From: an uncultured Cellulomonadaceae bacterium
GTDB taxonomy: Bacteria; Actinomycetota; Actinomycetes; Actinomycetales; Cellulomonadaceae
Direction: 5' to 3'
Assembly: GCA_964510785.1 (NCBI GenBank)
Contig: CAZECM010000012.1
Location: forward strand, 59 to 64,058
DNA length: 64,000 bases
The position numbers and the translations under genes are program-made. Positions 1-9,829 of this stretch are shown one piece after another. Position 1 is the stretch's first letter. The number at the start of each line of letters is the position of its first letter. The notes beneath the pieces were generated by a model. It saw only the letters and a list, made by a program, of their open reading frames with translations. It was not told where the DNA came from and did not search any database.

Positions 1-1638
<1,638 letters not shown>

Positions 1639-1645
1639 CCGGCCC

Positions 1646-1692
1646 CAAGGTGGAGCGTTCGTGCCCTCAGAGGGAACCAACGCTCCACCTTG
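1646..1692 (+). terminator. Long hairpin just after the clpB stop
   Basis: Perfect 14-nt arms CAAGGTGGAGCGTT / AACGCTCCACCTTG with an inner CCCTC-A-GAGGG stem, starting 8 nt after the stop. No U-tract. Confidence 0.5.
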
Positions 1693-1718
1693 AGGTGTCG
1701 CCCGGGGAGGATTGGTCC

Positions 1719-2339
1719 ATGAGCAAGCGGCGGGTGATTACGGAGGACGACCTCGACGGGCTCGAGGCGGGCGGCTACGGGCGAGACGCGAAGGTCCACC
1801 TGGAGCTCGCTGCCACGCTCGAGGAGTGGGCGACACAGGCAGACCGTTTCGCGCTCGACGGAGGGCTCGTCCCCGATGACCTCCTGGTTCGGGCGGGCGA
1901 GCACGCGGCTATCGCCGGGGACGACGACGAGGTGCTGCGACTGCTGACCCTCGCCAGGCAGGTCGCCCGCAACGACTTCCCGCGGTTCTGGATGTCCGAC
2001 TTCCTGCAGCTGGCCAAGCGGCGAGGCACGTTCGCCGAGGCGCTCGAGCTCCTTCCCGAGTGGAAGGCCGCGATGGGAGACGATGCGCTGGAGGCGCACG
2101 ACGTCGCCGAGGGGCTCGAGGCCTGCGACGAGCCCGTGCTCGCTGAGCGCTGGTTCAACATCGCCGCTCGTTGGGCCGAGCGAGAGGCCGAGGCGTGGCT
2201 CTACGAGATGGCCGTTGTCGGCCGGAGCCGCGTGCGCGTCGCGCAGGGCAAGCCGGAGGACGTGCAGGACGTGGAGGCGGTCGAGATCCTCGCCCTGCGC
2301 CAGGACAACCTCGAGCGCGACCTCGAGCGCGACCGCTAG
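1719..2339 (+). CDS. Hypothetical acidic protein (206 aa)
   Basis: ATG at 1719 preceded by GGGGAGGA (1704-1711). The upstream part of ORF 1449..2339 overlaps clpB and looks non-coding. No family recognised. Confidence 0.55.
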   Translation: MSKRRVITEDDLDGLEAGGYGRDAKVHLELAATLEEWATQADRFALDGGLVPDDLLVRAGEHAAIAGDDDEVLRLLTLARQVARNDFPRFWMSDFLQLAKRRGTFAEALELLPEWKAAMGDDALEAHDVAEGLEACDEPVLAERWFNIAARWAEREAEAWLYEMAVVGRSRVRVAQGKPEDVQDVEAVEILALRQDNLERDLERDR

Positions 2340-2416
2340 CCGTCACTCGCCCAACCGTCCCGCGCTGGACCGTCACCACCGCCCCCACGCCTCGCGGTGG
2401 GTCAGACCTGCCCGGT

Positions 2417-2512
2417 CACACCCCTTTGCGGGACGTGGTGCACGCATAGCGTCCCGCAAAGGGGGTTTCACGTGCATGGTGTCCCGCACAACGGGAGGAC
2501 GTTCCGCACGGG
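2417..2512. repeat. Copy A of a dispersed intergenic hairpin element built from GTCCCGCA units
   Basis: Perfect 15-bp stem 2421-2435 / 2450-2464 (CCCCTTTGCGGGACG / CGTCCCGCAAAGGGG), 14-nt loop TGGTGCACGCATAG, then two more GT(C/T)CCGCAC units. Aligns with 44355-44432. Confidence 0.7.
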
Positions 2513-2575
2513 GTGGGGTGGGGTTACGGGGCGGGCGGGGCGGGCGGGGAGGGAGGGGAGGGAGGGGTGGGGGTG
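2510..2575 (+). repeat. Dense G-run tract (G-quadruplex-capable) at the 3' end of the DUF2304 gene
   Basis: About 14 consecutive runs of G3-G5 separated by 1-4 nt on the + strand. The complementary strand encodes the PPSDTPTPPSPPSPPAPPAP tail. Confidence 0.6.
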
Positions 2576-2967
2576 TCCGACGGCGGCAGCCGGGACTCGC
2601 CGTCCTCGATGCGGGCCTGGGCGAGGGCCAGCTCGCGCGCGAGGACTGTGATGCGCGCCGTGAGCTGCCGGGTGCGCCGCATCGACGTGGCGATGTAGGA
2701 CAGGAACGCGATGACGAGCGCGTAGAGCAGCAGGTCCGTGCCGCGGCCCACGCCCACGAAGCCCGCGAGGCGAGAGAGCACGGAGGGGAACGCCACGGAG
2801 ACGACGGCGGCCACCACGAACCCCAGCAGCAGCAGCCGCCGGACCGCCTGGTGCCGTGAGTCCGCCGTGGTGCGGTTGAGCAGGAGCGCGACGCCGATGA
2901 TCCCCAGGATCAGCAGGACCTGGATGAGGGTGATGCCGGAGGAGACGGGCGTGCCGTCGGGGTTCAT
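2524..2967 (-). CDS. DUF2304-family small membrane protein with proline-rich tail
   Basis: 147 aa, three predicted TM helices plus an amphipathic C-terminal helix. Lies directly downstream of a GT2 gene, the usual DUF2304 context. Confidence 0.75.
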   Translation of the reverse strand: MNPDGTPVSSGITLIQVLLILGIIGVALLLNRTTADSRHQAVRRLLLLGFVVAAVVSVAFPSVLSRLAGFVGVGRGTDLLLYALVIAFLSYIATSMRRTRQLTARITVLARELALAQARIEDGESRLPPSDTPTPPSPPSPPAPPAP

Positions 2968-2992
2968 CTGCAGCTTCCTCTGCTCGGCTCGC

Positions 2993-3691
2993 TCACCTGA
3001 ACAGCAGGTCCACGAGGATGTTCACGGAGTTGAGGCTCGACTGCCCCTTGCCGCGCGAGTAGTCGGTGTAGAGCACGTGGACGGGGTGCTCGGCCCACGG
3101 CAGCCCGGTGCGCCCGATGTGCAGCACGATCTCGCTCGCGTGCGCCATGCCGTCCTGGCGCAGCCGGATCCGGCGCGCGGCGTCGGCCCGCACCACGCGC
3201 AGCCCGTTGTGCGCGTCCGTCAGGCGCATCCCCGTGCTCTGCCGCGTGAACCACACGGCGAGCTTGAGGATGACGCGCCGCACGAAGCCCGCCTCGACGG
3301 TGTCGTTGAGGAAGCGCGAGCCGAAGACGGCGGCCAGGTTCTCGTCCCGCGCCCGCTCGAGCATGTCGAGGGCGTCGGAGACCTGGTGCTGCCCGTCGGC
3401 GTCGAACGTCACGACGAACGCCGCGCCCGGCCGTGACAGCGCGTACTCGATCCCCGTCTGCAGCGCCGCACCCTGTCCGAGGTTCACGGGGTGGCGCACG
3501 ACCTTCGCCCCCGCCGCGCGCGCGAGGTCGCCCGAGCCGTCGGTCGAGCCGTCATCGACGCAGACGACGTTCGCGAAGCTCCCGCGCACGTCCCGCACGA
3601 CGTCGCCGATGACGGCGGCCTCGTTGAACAGCGGGATCACGACCCAGGCGTCCGGGTGCGCCACGGGCCCCGCAGCGGGAGGGGAAGCCAT
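2993..3691 (-). CDS. GT2 glycosyltransferase, polyprenyl-phosphate sugar synthase-like (232 aa)
   Basis: Start chosen at MASPPAAG (ATG 3691). Has VVIPLFNEA, CVDDGSTDGS and TFDADGQH (DxD-type) motifs. The upstream part of ORF 2993..4438 is low-complexity. Confidence 0.85.
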   Translation of the reverse strand: MASPPAAGPVAHPDAWVVIPLFNEAAVIGDVVRDVRGSFANVVCVDDGSTDGSGDLARAAGAKVVRHPVNLGQGAALQTGIEYALSRPGAAFVVTFDADGQHQVSDALDMLERARDENLAAVFGSRFLNDTVEAGFVRRVILKLAVWFTRQSTGMRLTDAHNGLRVVRADAARRIRLRQDGMAHASEIVLHIGRTGLPWAEHPVHVLYTDYSRGKGQSSLNSVNILVDLLFR

Positions 3692-3802
3692 GGGCCCATT
3701 GTGGCACCGCGGACCTTCGGGCCCGGCGGACGGGGCCGCGCTGGAATACTGTGGGCGAGGCCCGTCGCACGACGGCGCCGCGGGCGGGCCCGAGGGGTTG
3801 AG

Positions 3803-4423
3803 GTGGCAGCGGAAGGCGTACGCATCGCCGAGGGCGCGGACGTGTCGCCCGACGCCGAGATCGGTGCTGGCAGCGCGATCTGGCACCTCGCCCAGGTGCG
3901 CGAGGGCGTGCGCATGGGCACCGACTGCGTCGTCGGCCGCGGCGCCTACATCGGCACGGGCGTGCGCCTCGGCGACGCGTGCAAGGTCCAGAACTACGCC
4001 CTCGTCTACGAGCCGGCCGTGCTCGCCGACGGCGTCTTCATCGGCCCCGCCGCCGTGCTCACCAACGACGCCTACCCCCGCGCCATCAACCCCGACGGCT
4101 CGCTCAAGAGCGCTCACGACTGGCAGCCCGTGGGCGTCACGATCCGCGAGGGCGCCTCGATCGGCGCGCGCGCCGTGTGCGTGGCCCCCGTGACGATCGG
4201 CGCGTGGGCCACCGTCGCGGCGGGCGCCGTCGTGACGAAGGACGTCCCCGCCTTCGCGCTCGTGGCCGGGGTACCGGCCCGCCGCATCGGCTGGGTGGGC
4301 CCCGCGGGTCACCCGCTCGTGCCCGACGGCGAGCACTGGCGCTGCCCCGTCACCGGCGACCGTTTCGAGGCCTCCGGGCCCGACGGCGACCCGGCCACCA
4401 CCATCCGGAAGGTCGACGCATGA
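3803..4423 (+). CDS. Left-handed beta-helix (hexapeptide) N-acetyltransferase, WbpD/WlbB-like
   Basis: Hexapeptide repeats (IGAGSAIW, VRMGTDCVVG, IGTGVRLG, IREGASIGARA). GTG 3803 taken as start (uncertain). Stop overlaps the next start (ATGA). Confidence 0.8.
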   Translation: MAAEGVRIAEGADVSPDAEIGAGSAIWHLAQVREGVRMGTDCVVGRGAYIGTGVRLGDACKVQNYALVYEPAVLADGVFIGPAAVLTNDAYPRAINPDGSLKSAHDWQPVGVTIREGASIGARAVCVAPVTIGAWATVAAGAVVTKDVPAFALVAGVPARRIGWVGPAGHPLVPDGEHWRCPVTGDRFEASGPDGDPATTIRKVDA

Positions 4424-5535
4424 CCACCACACCCGCATTCATCCCCGCCGCCAAGCCCATCGTCGGCGACGCGGAGCGTGAGGCGGTCGACGCCGTGCTG
4501 CGCTCGGGCATGATCGCCCAGGGCCCGCAGGTCAAGGCCTTCGAGGAGGAGTTCGCCGCCGCACTCGTGGGCGGGCGCACGTCCGTGGCCGTCAGCTCGG
4601 GCACCTCCGGCCTGCACCTCGGGCTGCTCGCCGCCGGCGTCGGTCCGGGCGACGAAATCATCGTGCCCTCGTTCACGTTCGCCGCGACCGCCAACTCGGT
4701 CGCGCTCACGGGTGCCACCCCGGTGTTCGTCGACATCGAGCCGGACACGTTCTGCCTCGACCCGGCCGCCGTCGCCGCCGCCGTCACGGAGCGCACGCGC
4801 GGCATCATGCCCGTACACCTCTACGGGCACCCCGCGGACGTGTACGCGCTGCAGGGCATCGTCCACGCCCACGGCCTCGAGCTCTACGAGGACGCCGCCC
4901 AGGCGCACGGCGCGAGCCTCGACGGCCGCCCCGTCGGCACGTTCGGCCGCTTCGCGATGTTCTCGCTGTACCCCACGAAGAACATGACGTCCGGCGAGGG
5001 CGGCATGGTCGCGGCCGACGACGACGTCGCCCACCGCATCCGACTGCTCCGCAACCAGGGCATGGAGCGGCAGTACGCCAACGAGCTCATCGGCTTCAAC
5101 GCGCGCATGACGGACCTCCACGCGGCGATCGGGCGCGTGCAGCTCGAACGGCTCGCGGGCTGGACCGCGCAGCGCCAGACGAACGCCGCCTACCTCGACG
5201 AGCACCTCGCGGGGGTCGTCACCCCGCCCGTCCGCCCGGGTGTCGTGCACGTCTACCACCAGTACACCGTGCGCCTCGCGGGGGCGACGGGGCCGGAGCG
5301 GGACGCCGTCGTCGCCGCACTGAAGGACGAGCACCACGTCGGCTCGGGCGTCTACTACCCGATCCCCAACCACCGCCTCGCGAGCCTCGCGCACTTCGCG
5401 CCGGAGCTCGAGCTGCCCGTCACGGAGCAGGCCGCCGCGGAGGTCATCTCGTTGCCCGTGCACCCCTCGCTGACGCCGGCAGACCTCGAGCGCATCGTCA
5501 CCGCCGTCAACACCGTGACGAAGGCAGGTGCGTGA
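4420..5535 (+). CDS. DegT/DnrJ/EryC1/StrS family PLP aminotransferase, WbpE-like
   Basis: MTTTPAFIPAAKPIVGDAEREAVDAVLRSGMIAQGP N-terminus and SLYPTKNMTSGEGG PLP-lysine region. ATG 4420 overlaps the upstream stop. Confidence 0.9.
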   Translation: MTTTPAFIPAAKPIVGDAEREAVDAVLRSGMIAQGPQVKAFEEEFAAALVGGRTSVAVSSGTSGLHLGLLAAGVGPGDEIIVPSFTFAATANSVALTGATPVFVDIEPDTFCLDPAAVAAAVTERTRGIMPVHLYGHPADVYALQGIVHAHGLELYEDAAQAHGASLDGRPVGTFGRFAMFSLYPTKNMTSGEGGMVAADDDVAHRIRLLRNQGMERQYANELIGFNARMTDLHAAIGRVQLERLAGWTAQRQTNAAYLDEHLAGVVTPPVRPGVVHVYHQYTVRLAGATGPERDAVVAALKDEHHVGSGVYYPIPNHRLASLAHFAPELELPVTEQAAAEVISLPVHPSLTPADLERIVTAVNTVTKAGA

Positions 5536-6533
5536 TGGCGCTGAGACATAGACCACTCCGGGCGGGACTCATCGGCCTCGGTGCCATGGGGCGCCACCAC
5601 GCGCGCGTGCTGCGCGAGCTGGACGGCGTCGACCTCGTGGCCGTGGCCGACCCGGGTGGGGACCCGTGGCAGGTGGCTGGCCAGCTCGAGGTGCTGCCCG
5701 ACGTCGACGCCCTGATCGCGGCCGGCATCGACATCGCCGTCGTCGCCACTCCCACGAAGTTCCACGAGCCCGTCGCGCTCGCGCTCGCGGCCGCCGGGGT
5801 GCACACCCTCGTCGAGAAGCCCGTCGCGGCGGACTCGGTGGGTGGGCGCCGCGTCCTCGACGCCTTCGCTGCCGCGGGCCTCGTCGGGGCCGTGGGTCAC
5901 ATCGAGCGCTTCAACCCGGCGATCCAGGAGATCCGCCGCCGCATCGAGGTGGGCGAGGTGGGCGCCGTCTACCAGATCGCGACGCGCCGCCAGGGGCCCT
6001 TCCCGGCGCGCATCGCCGACGTCGGCGTCGTCAAGGACCTCGCCACGCACGACATCGACCTCACGGCGTGGGTCGCGCAGAGCACCTACGAGCACGTGTC
6101 CGCGCAGGTCGCCTACCAGTCCGGCCGCGCCCACGAGGACATGGTGCTCGCCACGGGCCGGCTCGCGAACGGCATCATCGTGCACCACACCGTGAACTGG
6201 CTCTCGCCCATGAAGGAGCGGCTCACCGTCGTGACGGGCGAGCTCGGCACGATCATCGCGGACACCCAGACGGCGGACGTGACGTTCTACGCCAACGGCA
6301 CGGTGCGCACCGAGTGGGATTCTGTCGCGGCGTTCCGCGGCGTGTCCGAGGGCGATGTCATCCGCTACGCGATCGCCAAGCGTGAGCCGCTGCGCAGCGA
6401 GCTCGAGGCGTTCCGCGACGCCGTGCTCGGCGAGGGCGACCGGACCGTGTCGATGGCCGAGGGGCTCGCGACGCTCGAGGTCGCCGAGCACATCCTCGAC
6501 TCGGCCGCGGCGGGCGGCGCGCTGCGCCCTTGA
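5532..6533 (+). CDS. Gfo/Idh/MocA NAD-dependent oxidoreductase, WbpB-like
   Basis: LRAGLIGLGAMGRHHARV Rossmann N-terminus and an EKP motif. Start GTG 5532 or ATG 5535 overlaps the upstream TGA. Confidence 0.85.
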   Translation: MMALRHRPLRAGLIGLGAMGRHHARVLRELDGVDLVAVADPGGDPWQVAGQLEVLPDVDALIAAGIDIAVVATPTKFHEPVALALAAAGVHTLVEKPVAADSVGGRRVLDAFAAAGLVGAVGHIERFNPAIQEIRRRIEVGEVGAVYQIATRRQGPFPARIADVGVVKDLATHDIDLTAWVAQSTYEHVSAQVAYQSGRAHEDMVLATGRLANGIIVHHTVNWLSPMKERLTVVTGELGTIIADTQTADVTFYANGTVRTEWDSVAAFRGVSEGDVIRYAIAKREPLRSELEAFRDAVLGEGDRTVSMAEGLATLEVAEHILDSAAAGGALRP

Positions 6534-6558
6534 CCGGCGTGCGGCGACACGCTGAACG

Positions 6559-6583
6559 ATTGCTGACGTCTGGCGTCAGTAAT
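6559..6583 (+). terminator. Hairpin after the WbpB-like gene
   Basis: ATTGCTGACG-tctgg-CGTCAGTAAT: 10-bp stem with one G-U pair, in an AT-richer intergenic stretch. Confidence 0.4.
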
Positions 6584-6660
6584 CGTCCAGCGTCACGTGT
6601 GAGGGCTGCGTGTAGCGGGCTCCGGGCCAGAAGCGCGGGGATCTCCGGTGCGGGCGTGAA

Positions 6661-8055
6661 ATGCTCGTGCCCGTGAAGCACGCCGTCGTCGTCTCGCGAC
6701 TCTTCGCGCCGGAGCCCGCCGCGGCGGCGTTCCGGCTCGAGGCCCTCGTGCGCGCGCTCGCGGGCTCGGGCTGCGACGTCACGGTGCTCACGTCGCGCGC
6801 CCGCCCGGGCAGCCCGCCGCCCGACGACGCCGTGCTCTCGCCCACGCGAGGGGCCGACGACGGCGACGCAACGGTCCCGCAGCGACCCGGCCACGCGCCG
6901 CAGTCCAGCGGGCCCGGCCGTGTGCGGGTGCGCCGCGCCCGGGTGCTGCGCGACAAGTCCGGCTACGTGCGTGGCTACCTGCCCTATCTCAGCTTCGACG
7001 TACCCGCTGCGCTGCGGCTGCTCACGGTGCGTCGGCCGGACGTCGTCGTCGTCGAACCCCCGCCCACCACGGGTGCCGTGGTGCGCATCGTGTGCGCGCT
7101 GCGCCGGGTGCCGTACGTCTACTACGCGGCCGACATCTGGTCGGACGCCGCGCGCAGCACGGGTAGCCCTGGCCCCGTGAGCGGGTTGCTCGCGCGGCTC
7201 GAGGGCTGGGCGATGCGCGGGGCGCGCGGCGTCGTCGCCGTGTCCGAGGGCGTCGCCGACCGTGTGCAGGAGCTCGCCGGGCGGGGCAACGTGCGGCGCG
7301 TGGCGGGTCTCGAGCGGGTCGAGGTAGTGCGCAACGGCATCGACACGACCGTCTTCCGGCCGCGGGACGACGACGAGGACGGGCTCACCGACGTCCATGC
7401 CGGGACGGAGGTTGCCACCACGTCGGGCGCCGCCCCGCAACGTGACGCCACCCCTGACGGCGCACCGTCCCAGTACTTCCTGTACGCCGGCACCGCTTCG
7501 GAGTGGCAGGGCGCCGAGGTGTTCGTGCTCGCGCTCGCGATCCTGCGCGAGACGCACCCGGACGTCGAGCTCGTCTTCCTCGGCTCGGGCAGCGCGTGGG
7601 CGGGACTGCGCGACCTCGCCGACCGGGCCGCCCCCGGTGCCGTCCACCTGCGCGCGCCCGTCGCGCCCGTCGAGGCGGCGCGCTGGCACCGCCACGCCGC
7701 CGGGGCGCTCGTCAGTATCGTGCCAGGGCTCGGCTACGACTTCGCGTTGCCCACCAAGCTCTTCGCGGCGAGCGCGAGCGGCATCCCGGTGGTGTTCGCG
7801 GGGCCGCCCGGGGTGGCGAGCGACGTGGTCGAGGAGGGTCGTCTGGGGCTCGCCGTCGGGCACGATCCCGAGGCCGTGGCGACCGCGATGGCCGCGCTGC
7901 TCGACGCGCCCGAGGCGCACGACCCCGCCCTGGACGCCGCCCGCGCGGCCCGGCTCGCCGGGTGGACCGCCGAGCACGCGAGCATCGCCCGCGTCGGGGA
8001 GCGCGTCGCGGGCCTCGTGGCACGATGGGCCGCAGCCGAGGAGGGGAAGCCATGA
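6661..8055 (+). CDS. GT4 (GT-B) glycosyltransferase, WcaI/WbuB-like
   Basis: GYLPYLSFDVPA N-domain motif and a C-domain ending FALPTKLFAASASGIPVVF. Stop overlaps the next start (ATGA at 8052-8055). Confidence 0.85.
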   Translation: MLVPVKHAVVVSRLFAPEPAAAAFRLEALVRALAGSGCDVTVLTSRARPGSPPPDDAVLSPTRGADDGDATVPQRPGHAPQSSGPGRVRVRRARVLRDKSGYVRGYLPYLSFDVPAALRLLTVRRPDVVVVEPPPTTGAVVRIVCALRRVPYVYYAADIWSDAARSTGSPGPVSGLLARLEGWAMRGARGVVAVSEGVADRVQELAGRGNVRRVAGLERVEVVRNGIDTTVFRPRDDDEDGLTDVHAGTEVATTSGAAPQRDATPDGAPSQYFLYAGTASEWQGAEVFVLALAILRETHPDVELVFLGSGSAWAGLRDLADRAAPGAVHLRAPVAPVEAARWHRHAAGALVSIVPGLGYDFALPTKLFAASASGIPVVFAGPPGVASDVVEEGRLGLAVGHDPEAVATAMAALLDAPEAHDPALDAARAARLAGWTAEHASIARVGERVAGLVARWAAAEEGKP

Positions 8056-9827
8056 AGCTCATCTGGCTCACCCTGCGCGGGCTGCTGCCGATGCTGCCGG
8101 GCCGCGCGCGGCAGTTCCTCAGCTGGTACGTCGTGGCGAGCGCGAGCCTGGCCCTGCTCGACATCGCGGCGCTCGGCCTGCTCGCGCTGTCCCTCGCGCC
8201 CATGGTGCAGGGCGAGCCCGTGGTGCTCCCGCTCGTGGGCGAGGTCGCGCCGAGCGGCTACGTGGGGATCATCATCGTGGTCTCGGTGCTCATCATCATC
8301 AAGGGCTTCGCCGCGGTGGGCGTGCAGTGGGTCGTCACGCGCCGGTTCGCCCGCTACGAGCTCGAGATCGGCGACCAGCTCTTCGCGGCCTACATCCGCG
8401 CGCCGTGGACGGACCGGCTCTCGCGCAACACCTCCCAGCTCGTGCGGCTCGCCGACGTCGGGATCGCCAACGCCACCGCGGGGTTCCTGCTGCCCGTGGC
8501 CGGGCTGCCGGCCCTGGGCGCGACGTTCGTGGCCGTGCTCGTCGTGCTCGTCATCGCGGAGCCCGTCACGGCCGCACTGACGCTCGGGTACCTCGGCGTG
8601 GTGGGGCTCGTCATGTACTTCTGGGTCTCCCGGCGGGCCATCGTCGCGGGGCGCGTCAACCGGGACTACTCGTTCCGGGTCGCCCGGCTCATGACGGAGA
8701 TGGTCGGGGCGCTCAAGGAGATCACGCTGCGGGACAAGGCGGGCGAGGTGGCCGCCGTCGTGCACGCCGACCGCCGCCACACCACGCGCGCTCGGGCGAA
8801 CCTGCAGTTCCTCTCCGCGATGCCGCGCTACGTCCTCGAGTCGGCCCTCGTGGGGGGCTTCTTGCTCATCGGTGGCGTGGCGTACGCGACGGGCGGGGCC
8901 AGTGCCGCGTTCAGCGCGCTCGCGCTCTTCGGGGTCGCGGGCTTCCGCATGGTGCCGGCCGTGACGAGCTTCCAGTCCGTCATCGCGACGACGGCGGCCA
9001 ACATCCCCAACGTCCAGGCCGTGATCGGTGACATCGAGGCCGCCGAGGGGTACCTCGCCAACGCCGAGACCGTGGGGCGCGCGCCGCTCGACCGGGAGCC
9101 CGAGCTGCTGTCGCTGCGCAGTGTCGCGTTCACGTACCCGGGGTCCGGGGAGCCCGCCGTGCGCGACATCGACCTCGACGTGCCGATGGGTTCCAGCCTC
9201 GCGCTCGTGGGACGATCCGGGGCGGGCAAGACGACGCTCGTGGACATCCTGCTCGGGCTGCTCGTGCCCTCCGAGGGGACGCTCGAGCTCGACGGGCGAC
9301 CGCTCGCCGACGTGCTCGCGGCGTGGCGCGCGCGGGTGGGCTACGTGCCACAGGACGTCTCGCTGTTCGACGCGACCCTCGCTCAGAACGTGGCCCTGAC
9401 CTGGACGGACGACCTCGACCTCGACCGCGTGCGCGACTGCCTCGAGCGGGCCCAGCTCGCCGAGCTCGTGGCCTCGCGGGGGCTCGACGCGCGGATCGGT
9501 GATCGCGGCATGGCCCTGTCCGGCGGGCAGCGCCAGCGGCTCGGCATCGCGCGGGCGCTCTACGTGGACCCGCTCGTGCTCGTGCTCGACGAGGCGACGA
9601 GCGCGCTCGACACCCAGACCGAGGCGAGCGTCGCGGCCGCGATCGCCGCGTTGCGCGGCGAGGTCACCGTGATCGCCGTGGCGCACCGGCTCTCGACCGT
9701 GCGCTCGATGGACCAGGTGTGCTTCATGGCCGAGGGCACGATCGCCGCGCGCGGCACCTTCGACGAGCTCGTCGCGGCGGTGCCCGACTTCGCGGTCCAG
9801 GCCCAGCTCGCGGGGCTCGTGGAGTAG
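8052..9827 (+). CDS. Fused TMD-NBD ABC exporter (MsbA/PglK-like half transporter)
   Basis: Six predicted N-terminal TM helices, Walker A GRSGAGKT, signature LSGGQRQR, Walker B LVLDEATSALD. Confidence 0.9.
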   Translation: MKLIWLTLRGLLPMLPGRARQFLSWYVVASASLALLDIAALGLLALSLAPMVQGEPVVLPLVGEVAPSGYVGIIIVVSVLIIIKGFAAVGVQWVVTRRFARYELEIGDQLFAAYIRAPWTDRLSRNTSQLVRLADVGIANATAGFLLPVAGLPALGATFVAVLVVLVIAEPVTAALTLGYLGVVGLVMYFWVSRRAIVAGRVNRDYSFRVARLMTEMVGALKEITLRDKAGEVAAVVHADRRHTTRARANLQFLSAMPRYVLESALVGGFLLIGGVAYATGGASAAFSALALFGVAGFRMVPAVTSFQSVIATTAANIPNVQAVIGDIEAAEGYLANAETVGRAPLDREPELLSLRSVAFTYPGSGEPAVRDIDLDVPMGSSLALVGRSGAGKTTLVDILLGLLVPSEGTLELDGRPLADVLAAWRARVGYVPQDVSLFDATLAQNVALTWTDDLDLDRVRDCLERAQLAELVASRGLDARIGDRGMALSGGQRQRLGIARALYVDPLVLVLDEATSALDTQTEASVAAAIAALRGEVTVIAVAHRLSTVRSMDQVCFMAEGTIAARGTFDELVAAVPDFAVQAQLAGLVE

Positions 9828-9829
9828 AC

